Virus genome (UHGV): UHGV-1353509
Reading direction: 5' to 3' (one strand)
Length of the DNA stretch: 42,388 bases
Source: a virus
Position numbers and translations under genes: made by a program. This document shows positions 35,644 through 42,388 of this stretch, piece after piece (positions within the stretch are counted from its first letter, which is position 1; each line of letters begins with the position of its first letter). The notes beneath the pieces were generated by a model. It was not told where the DNA came from. It did no database searches and saw only the letters and a program-made list of their open reading frames with translations.

Positions 35644-36027
35644 ATGGATCCACAGCAAGAATTATTTACAAAATTACTTACAGAGATCAAAGCATTAGGA
35701 TATGACGTATATGACGGCTTCTTACCGCCGGATGGTACGCCGTATCCTTTTGTGTATCTCGCAGACAGCCAATTGATCGATGATGCGAATAAGACCGCTG
35801 TGTTTGGCAATGTGTATCAGACAATTCACGTCTGGCATAACAATCCAAGACAGAGGGGAACGGTGTCAAAAATGTTGCTGGCGATTAAAAATGTGTGCAG
35901 AAGACTGGATCATACCGAAAATTTTGCATGGAATGTCCGGAATGTAAATCAAAGAATTTTACCGGACACAACAACAAAGCAGCCTCTTTTACATGGGTTG
36001 CTAGAAATAGAATTTAGTTTTAGTTAG
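35644..36027 (+). CDS. Tail terminator or tail component protein
   Basis: Position before the major tail gene; 127 aa. Confidence 0.55.
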   Translation: MDPQQELFTKLLTEIKALGYDVYDGFLPPDGTPYPFVYLADSQLIDDANKTAVFGNVYQTIHVWHNNPRQRGTVSKMLLAIKNVCRRLDHTENFAWNVRNVNQRILPDTTTKQPLLHGLLEIEFSFS

Positions 36028-36041
36028 AGAGGAGAAAAAGC

Positions 36042-36569
36042 ATGTTTAAGACAGGATTACAGTTATTTGCAGAGGCGGTATCCGGCAAGAAAATTGTATA
36101 TTTGTACCGCCTTGCAGAAAAAGCAAAACAGGAAGCAGCAAAGAATCTTGCGTTCACAACGGAGAATGGAAGAACTAAGAGTAAGGATGCAGATTCTACT
36201 GCAACGAAAGACGGTACAATCCGTACACCAGGAGCTGCGGAGACAGAAATTACAGCCACTGCGGTTTTGGCAAAAGGCGATAAATTGATCACAGAACTTG
36301 AGGACGCTATGGATTCCGATAAACTTCTTGAAATTTGGGAAGTAAACCTTGAAGAAGCAGCGGAAGCGGGTCCGAATAAATTTAAGGGAATGTATTTCCA
36401 AGGATATCTCACAGAAGTTGAGGTCACGTCTTCTGCAGATGAGAATGTGGAAGTATCCCTTACTTTTGGCATCAACGGATCAGGTAAACGCGGAGATGTA
36501 ACCGTGACAACGCAGCAACAGGAAATCGCGAATTACGTGTTTAAGGACAGCGTGAAAGAGGGGGAATAA
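36042..36569 (+). CDS. Major tail protein (phi13-family) with an N-terminal MFKTGLQLFA|EA motif
   Basis: RBS GAGAGGAGAAAAAG. Tube-protein pattern. LQLFA motif shared with the scaffold and capsid genes. Confidence 0.8.
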   Translation: MFKTGLQLFAEAVSGKKIVYLYRLAEKAKQEAAKNLAFTTENGRTKSKDADSTATKDGTIRTPGAAETEITATAVLAKGDKLITELEDAMDSDKLLEIWEVNLEEAAEAGPNKFKGMYFQGYLTEVEVTSSADENVEVSLTFGINGSGKRGDVTVTTQQQEIANYVFKDSVKEGE

Positions 36570-36637
36570 TGCCCTCTGACGATGTAGCCTTAATCGGCAG
36601 AGGTAAAGTAGGAAAGGCAAAGGTAGGAAAAGAATAG
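36559..36637 (+). other. -1 frame C-terminal extension of the major tail protein (GGIMPSDDVALIGRGKVGKAKVGKE), reached by slippage on GGGGG at 36559-36563
   Basis: Paralogous to 34202-34282. Hairpin CCCUCUG (36571-77) / CAGAGG (36597-602). Stop TAG 36635-37. Confidence 0.6.
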
Positions 36638-36649
36638 ATCATGTACATA

Positions 36650-36676
36650 GAGGGCGGCAAGACCGCTCTCTTTTTA
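36650..36676 (+). terminator. Rho-independent terminator (GAGGGCGG / CCGCUCUC stem, 5-nt loop, U5) after the major tail gene
   Basis: 8-bp stem including one G-U pair, followed by TTTTTA. Confidence 0.55.
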
Positions 36677-36691
36677 ATGGAGGAATAAAAA

Positions 36692-37102
36692 ATGATGGAA
36701 TTAACAATTAACGGACAGGTGTACCAGTTTAACTTTGGAATGGGATTTTTGAGAGAGATAAACAAGCAGACAAATGTGCCGATAGATGGAGCGCCTGGAG
36801 TTAAAAAAGATGTCGGGTTCCGGTACGCGCTTATGAATTTGATGGATGGAGATCCAGAAGCTCTTGTGAATATTCTTGACGTTGCAAATAAAGGACAGAA
36901 CCCAAGAGTAACAAGAAATCTGCTCGATGGTTATATCGATGACGAGAATACAGATATCGATGAGCTTACAGATACAGTAATGGGTTTCTTAAAGAGTGCG
37001 AATGCTACGAAGAGGACGACGAAAGAGTTGGTGGATGCTGTGGAGAAAGAGAAACAGAGGATAGAAGAGGAAGAAGCACGGAAAAGAGAGTTGATGGTGT
37101 AG
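36692..37102 (+). CDS. Tail assembly chaperone (gpG-like)
   Basis: RBS AATGGAGGAATAAAAA. Position before the tape measure gene. Confidence 0.75.
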   Translation: MMELTINGQVYQFNFGMGFLREINKQTNVPIDGAPGVKKDVGFRYALMNLMDGDPEALVNILDVANKGQNPRVTRNLLDGYIDDENTDIDELTDTVMGFLKSANATKRTTKELVDAVEKEKQRIEEEEARKRELMV

Positions 37103-37440
37103 GGTTTGAAGAATACTACAAAGAAGCAGCTTTGAATTGTTTTCGGTATCTGGGTTTCAAGAGCTTTGAAGAAGTGGACAGGTTGACGATCCCGGAATAC
37201 ACCCTGCTTATGGAAGCTGTGCAGCTAAGAGAAGTAGATAAGGACTATCGAAATCATCTGCAGGCATTCTTAAATTTTGCTGTAAAAGCAGAGAAAAAGG
37301 TTGGAAAGAATAGGTCGAAACCAGTGTATCAGAGATTCAGAAAATTCTTTGATTACGAAAAAGAAGTGGATCGCATAAAGAGCCGCAAGAAGAAAAATGA
37401 AAGATTAGACATAATCGGCAGGATGATGAAAGGAGAGTGA
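36982..37440 (+). CDS. gpT-like -1 frameshift extension of the tail assembly chaperone (G-T fusion), slippery heptamer G_GGU_UUC at 36982-36988
   Basis: The -1 frame is open from 36964. The canonical X_XXY_YYZ site sits in the overlap. The extension runs to the stop at 37440. Confidence 0.65.
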   Translation, partial: GFLKECECYEEDDERVGGCCGERETEDRRGRSTEKRVDGVGFEEYYKEAALNCFRYLGFKSFEEVDRLTIPEYTLLMEAVQLREVDKDYRNHLQAFLNFAVKAEKKVGKNRSKPVYQRFRKFFDYEKEVDRIKSRKKKNERLDIIGRMMKGE

Positions 37441-37444
37441 TGGC

Positions 37445-40429
37445 ATGGCAGAAAGTTATTCAGTAAAGGCAATATTATCTGCACAGGATAGAGGATTTAC
37501 GTCTGCTTTCAAATCTGCAATGGGTACCGTAAGCAATTTAAAAAGCACGCTCACGAGTGGAATAGGGTTCGGGATCATGGCCGGAATTGGGCAAAAGGCA
37601 TTTGGTGCTGTCACATCCAGTATTGGTGGTATGGTGTCAGAGTTAAATTCTTCCAGCGCTGCATGGAAAACATTTAATGGAAACATGTCGATGGTTGGAA
37701 AAGGCGCTGACGAGATTGCATCTGTAAAAAAGGAATTGCAAGAGTTTGCAGAAGATACGATTTATAGTGCATCTGATATGGCGAGTACTTATGCTCAGTT
37801 GAGCGCAGTTGGGATTAAAAGCACGAACAAGCTTGTAAAGGGATTCGGAGGGCTTGCTGCGGCGGCCGAGAATCCGAAACAGGCAATGAAGACTTTAAGC
37901 CAGCAGGCTACACAGATGGCAGCAAAGCCAACAGTTGCATGGGCGGACTTTAAACTTATGATTGAGCAGACTCCGGCTGGTATATCAGCAGTCGCGAAAG
38001 AAATGGGTATGACTACCACGGAGCTTGTACAGAATGTGCAGGACGGGAAAATCGCGACAGAAGATTTCTTCGATGCTATCGCAAAAGTCGGCACAAATGA
38101 CGCGTTTACGAAGCTTGCAACAGAATATAAGACCGTAGATCAGGCGATGGATGGTCTGACCGAAACAGTAAGCAATAAGCTGGCGCCGTCATTTGATGTT
38201 TTGTCCGGTCGAGCGATTAAGTCCTTGGACGGGATAATCAATAAAATTGGAGATCTTGATGGAGATGCAATCGCAGGGAAATTAACTGGATTTCTCGATA
38301 AAGCAAGTGGATACTGGAATGTTTTAAAGACAGAGGTTTCCGAAATAAAGGCTGCTTTTGGAGATGCCTTTTCTGCAATCGGAGAAGATTTGGGAAAGAT
38401 TACTGGCGCATTTGGCTCCACGGAAAGCATCAGTTCTTTTGCTGGTGTAATGGACTCTGCGAGTGGGGCATTGCAAACATTTGCCGGATTCCTGAAAGAA
38501 CATTCGGAGACCATCGCGAAAGTGATATCAAAACTCCCACAGCTTTTCGTTGCATATAAAGGCTTTAAGATTGCGAAAAGTGTTGCTCCATTTGTAGGCA
38601 CATTCACGAGTGCAATTGCCGGCCTTGCCGGAGCTGGAATAAGTAAAATCGCTGGAAAATTGTTTGGAATCTCTAAAGGGCAAGAAGCGGTCGGTAAAAG
38701 CAGTGCTGCAAGTTCCAAGAAAATGCTTGCGTCCGCTAAAGCATTTATGATGCTTGGAGCAGGGGTTGCGTTAATCAGTGGCGGATTTTTCTTGTTGGCG
38801 CAAGGTGCAAAAGCAGTGGCGGATTCCGGGCCATTGGCCGTTGCTGTTTTAGTTGGAATGGTAGGTGCTTTAATTGGGTTGAGTATTGGAATGATGAAAA
38901 TGCTTTCCGCAATGTCTGGCGGCACAAAGAAACTTACTGCTATGTCTACTGCAATGTTAGCGCTTGGAGGAAGTATTTTGCTGATAAGTGCAGCATTTTG
39001 GGTGCTGTCAGATGCGGCAATTAGAGTTTCAGAAGCAGGTCCTTTAGCAATAGGCGTTTTAGTTGGAATGGTAGCGGCAATTGCAGGCCTTTTGATCGTT
39101 GCAAAAATGGTGGCTCCAACATTGACGGCTGGTGCAGTTGGTTTTGTAGCGTTTGGAGCAGCTGTTGTTTTAGCGGCAGCCGGAATTGCTATACTAACCG
39201 CATCTGCGATTTCTCTTGCGAATGCAGGACCGCTTGCCATTGGAGTGATGTTTGGTCTGATCGTAGCAATTGGTGGATTGATGGTCGTAGCGGCAGCAGT
39301 CGCACCAGTTTTAACTGCAGGAGCTGTTGGACTGATTGCATTTGGAGCGGCAGCAGTCCTTGTAGGGGCGGCGGTTTTGCTTGCAAGCGCAGGATTAACT
39401 TTGGTTGCAAGCGTGCTTCCTATTGTTGCTGAGTATGGATTACAGGCATCCGTGGCAATCGGAGCATTAGGGGCAGCAATGACAGTGTTTGGAGCAGGGA
39501 CGATTGTAGCAGGAGCTGGATGTACGGTTCTTGCAGTTGGATTGTTGGCAGTAGGAGTTGCAGTGCTTGGTGTCACGGTGGGAGTTGTTGCATTTGGAGT
39601 GGCGATGACAGCAGCGTGTGTTGGCGTACTGGCAATGGCAGCGGCACTATTGGCGGTTAATTCCAGTATGAAGTCGATTGCAAAGAATGCGAAAACAGCA
39701 CAGAAATCTATCGAGAGCATGAAAGATTCTGTAAGCATTGTGAATGATGGACTTGATGCTCTTGGAAATAAAGCGAAAAGTGCGGTGAAATCTATTGTAA
39801 GTGTGTTTGATAACGGAGCTGGAAAAGCGAGAAGCTCTGGGCAGAAACTTGGGGACAGTGCAAAAGAGGGTGTGCAGAACGGACTACAGCCAACACAGGC
39901 AGTCGCAATCAAAACTGTATCTGCAGTATTATCATCTTTGTCTTCTGGGGCGAGCGGAGCATACAGTAGTGGTTACAACATAGGTTTAGGTTTCGCGAAT
40001 GGTATGTCGGCAACATTAGGATATATCAGATCAGTTGCAGCACAAATGGCTGCGGCTGCAGATGCGGCAGTCAGGGCAAAAGCAAAAATCCACAGTCCGT
40101 CAAGAGTATTTGCTGGGCTGGGTGTCTATGTAGGAGAGGGATTTGCGCTTGGAATTGAGTCGATGTCCAGAAAGGTTGCAGAAGCTACGCAGAACATTGT
40201 GGAGATCCCAACATTATCCACAGACATGAGAATGCGAGCTTCAGGTGCTTTGGATTCTGAACTTTCCGGTGATTATTCCTATAACAGAAATGCTACATAC
40301 ACAATCGTTGTGCCGGTTGAGTACAACGGGCGTGAAGCGGCTCGGGTTACAGCGGAGTTTACACAGAAGGAATTGGAAAAACGGGAAAATATGAAGATGA
40401 TGTTAGGAGGAGAACGTGTATATGTATGA
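37445..40429 (+). CDS. Tail tape measure protein (TP901-family N-terminus; central hydrophobic Ala/Gly-rich ~40-aa tandem repeats)
   Basis: 994 aa. RBS GAAAGGAGAGTG. The AGPLAIGVLVGMVAAIAGL... modules repeat at least 4 times. Confidence 0.85.
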   Translation: MAESYSVKAILSAQDRGFTSAFKSAMGTVSNLKSTLTSGIGFGIMAGIGQKAFGAVTSSIGGMVSELNSSSAAWKTFNGNMSMVGKGADEIASVKKELQEFAEDTIYSASDMASTYAQLSAVGIKSTNKLVKGFGGLAAAAENPKQAMKTLSQQATQMAAKPTVAWADFKLMIEQTPAGISAVAKEMGMTTTELVQNVQDGKIATEDFFDAIAKVGTNDAFTKLATEYKTVDQAMDGLTETVSNKLAPSFDVLSGRAIKSLDGIINKIGDLDGDAIAGKLTGFLDKASGYWNVLKTEVSEIKAAFGDAFSAIGEDLGKITGAFGSTESISSFAGVMDSASGALQTFAGFLKEHSETIAKVISKLPQLFVAYKGFKIAKSVAPFVGTFTSAIAGLAGAGISKIAGKLFGISKGQEAVGKSSAASSKKMLASAKAFMMLGAGVALISGGFFLLAQGAKAVADSGPLAVAVLVGMVGALIGLSIGMMKMLSAMSGGTKKLTAMSTAMLALGGSILLISAAFWVLSDAAIRVSEAGPLAIGVLVGMVAAIAGLLIVAKMVAPTLTAGAVGFVAFGAAVVLAAAGIAILTASAISLANAGPLAIGVMFGLIVAIGGLMVVAAAVAPVLTAGAVGLIAFGAAAVLVGAAVLLASAGLTLVASVLPIVAEYGLQASVAIGALGAAMTVFGAGTIVAGAGCTVLAVGLLAVGVAVLGVTVGVVAFGVAMTAACVGVLAMAAALLAVNSSMKSIAKNAKTAQKSIESMKDSVSIVNDGLDALGNKAKSAVKSIVSVFDNGAGKARSSGQKLGDSAKEGVQNGLQPTQAVAIKTVSAVLSSLSSGASGAYSSGYNIGLGFANGMSATLGYIRSVAAQMAAAADAAVRAKAKIHSPSRVFAGLGVYVGEGFALGIESMSRKVAEATQNIVEIPTLSTDMRMRASGALDSELSGDYSYNRNATYTIVVPVEYNGREAARVTAEFTQKELEKRENMKMMLGGERVYV

Positions 40430-41951
40430 GTTCGTTGATACAAATTCGGTGGGGAATGCAAAATCCATTCCGAGTGAAGCTCTCCAAATTGATGGGAAGT
40501 ATATTGAAAATCTAATTGATGGATATCGGACTCTATATGTGAGCGGACGTGAACTTCTGGAGTCTGAAATTACGGATAGGGAAATTGATGGAATTGGTGG
40601 ATCGGAGTACTTGGATAGCCGCAGCGTAACAAGGGATATCACAATTGGGTATCAGATGCTTTGCACATCTCCAGCTGAGTTTCGAGAAAAATTCAATAGG
40701 CTCTCTGATGTTTTAAATAAAGAGCAGGCGAAATTGGTTTTTGCGGATGAACCGGATAAATACTTTATCGGAACAAAGTCAAGTGTTGGAGATATAGAAC
40801 CCGGTAGGCTGAGCGTAAAAGGCGAATTTACTTTTTATTGTTGCGACCCGTGCAAATACTCTACTGCAGAAAAGCAGTTCCCAGGCATCCAGCAGAACGG
40901 GTACCAGACCATCACCATCCAAAACAACGGCACCGAATGGGCAGACGTGGACTATGAGATCACACACCAACACGAAAACGGCTTTATCGGACTAGTAAGC
41001 CAGTATGGAGTGATCCAGCTCGGAAAACAGGAAGAGGCGGACGGAGAGAACTACGAAGCGTCCGAAGAACTGTTTAACGGTTACGGCTTGTTTCAAGATG
41101 ATCACGGCACCTCTTACCAAAATCCAGAAAACACCACACAGGGAACACTCGAAGTCAAGAATGTTGCCGGATATAACGTGATGGCATTAAAAGGTGGACA
41201 AGCAACATCCGGATACTGGAACGGTGGAATGAAAACACTTACTATCCCGGCAGACAGCGAGGGCAGACGTGGTGCGAAGAATTTTTATTGTTATACGCAG
41301 CACTGGTTCGAAACCGGATTAATGGGGCAGACAGGAGCACAGACCATTGCGTTTCTGACAGGCGATAATAAAGTAATCTGCGCAATGTCTATCAACAAGA
41401 GTGATTCTGTCGGAAACACGGCTCGTATCGAGTGGTTTGCTCCCGGAAACACATTAATCAGACGAGAAGAGTTCCAACCGACAGCCTACGAGGGTAATCC
41501 GTTTAATCTTAAAATGGGATGCCACAACGACTTTTTAAAAGAGGGAGAAAAGCTGCGGATTTTCTGGTATGGTACTTACAGAGATCTCACGATCCCAGAA
41601 ATTAAAGACATGGAATGCGAAAAAATCCAGATCTGGATTGGACAGTGGGGAGACAGGAATCTTACAAACCAGTACGTTACACACAACTATTTAAAAAGCA
41701 TTCGTTTCCGAAAAGACAATGTCGATAAGTATAAGGACGTACCAAACCGGTATCGTGCCGGAGATGTGGTGTCTATAGATGGAGAGAGTACAAAGGTCTA
41801 TGTAAACGGGATGCCGGCAAAAGGAGATGAGATTAATGGATCCAATTATCCAAAAGTTCCACCGGGGACAACGGAAGTCCAGTTCTGCTACTCTTCCTTT
41901 TCCTCTCCTCCGCCGCAGATTAAAGCAAAAATAAGAGAGGTATACTTGTAA
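40416..41951 (+). CDS. Distal tail protein (Dit, Sipho_tail family) with a long C-terminal extension (evolved Dit)
   Basis: N-terminal Dit pattern. 511 aa, against about 250 aa for a minimal Dit. Confidence 0.7.
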   Translation: MYMYEFVDTNSVGNAKSIPSEALQIDGKYIENLIDGYRTLYVSGRELLESEITDREIDGIGGSEYLDSRSVTRDITIGYQMLCTSPAEFREKFNRLSDVLNKEQAKLVFADEPDKYFIGTKSSVGDIEPGRLSVKGEFTFYCCDPCKYSTAEKQFPGIQQNGYQTITIQNNGTEWADVDYEITHQHENGFIGLVSQYGVIQLGKQEEADGENYEASEELFNGYGLFQDDHGTSYQNPENTTQGTLEVKNVAGYNVMALKGGQATSGYWNGGMKTLTIPADSEGRRGAKNFYCYTQHWFETGLMGQTGAQTIAFLTGDNKVICAMSINKSDSVGNTARIEWFAPGNTLIRREEFQPTAYEGNPFNLKMGCHNDFLKEGEKLRIFWYGTYRDLTIPEIKDMECEKIQIWIGQWGDRNLTNQYVTHNYLKSIRFRKDNVDKYKDVPNRYRAGDVVSIDGESTKVYVNGMPAKGDEINGSNYPKVPPGTTEVQFCYSSFSSPPPQIKAKIREVYL

Positions 41952-42388
41952 TGGACAGCATTAGAATTGCGATTTTAAGTGCAAATAACACGCCTGTAGC
42001 GTTTATGGATAATGCGCACAAAAAGTCCATGCACTACTGGGGTGATGAGCTACACGAATACTTACAGGGAGCAGCGAATACCTATACTTTTACGGTAAAC
42101 GCCAAACATCCAGACGCAGAACATGTTACAGTCGGAAACAAGGTAGCCTTTACATGCAAGGGTAAATCTTACTACTTAAATATTGTAAATACCGACCAAA
42201 CGGAGCAGACGATTACTGCCACGGCGTGGTCACTGTCGTTTGAGTTAATCAACGAGGATGCTGGCGAATATAAAGCCGGAAAAGCAATGAGCATTGAAGA
42301 GTACATTTCCGTATTTGACGCGGAGAGGACACTTAAATTGGGTCTCAACGAGGTGTCAGATAAGCGGATCACCAACGAATGGACCGGT
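41951..42388 (+). CDS. Tail-associated endopeptidase (Tal) N-terminal 146 aa; 3' partial, continues in frame at window position 1
   Basis: TAATG overlap with the Dit gene. MDSIRIAILSANN... is the Prophage_tail family N-terminus. Exactly 146 codons to the window end. Confidence 0.75.
   Translation, partial: MDSIRIAILSANNTPVAFMDNAHKKSMHYWGDELHEYLQGAANTYTFTVNAKHPDAEHVTVGNKVAFTCKGKSYYLNIVNTDQTEQTITATAWSLSFELINEDAGEYKAGKAMSIEEYISVFDAERTLKLGLNEVSDKRITNEWTG

Noticed and set aside
38140-39912. 590-aa minus-strand ORF
   Set aside because: Antisense to the Ala/Gly-rich repeat region of the tape measure gene. Low-complexity mirror ORF with no RBS.

Overview
The whole 42.4 kb window reads as one temperate siphovirus genome of a low-GC Firmicute, probably Clostridia-like. 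In order it contains a lysis cassette, an integration and immunity region, an early region of antirepressor, recombination and replication genes, a tRNA, and a head and tail module. The head and tail module runs through to a tail-associated protein (Tal) whose N-terminal part is cut by the window's 3' end and whose C-terminal, collagen-repeat part opens the window in the same reading frame, so the element is probably circular or cyclically permuted. Features missed by simple ORF calling are listed in the findings below. All calls rest on reading motifs in the sequence; no database searches were run.
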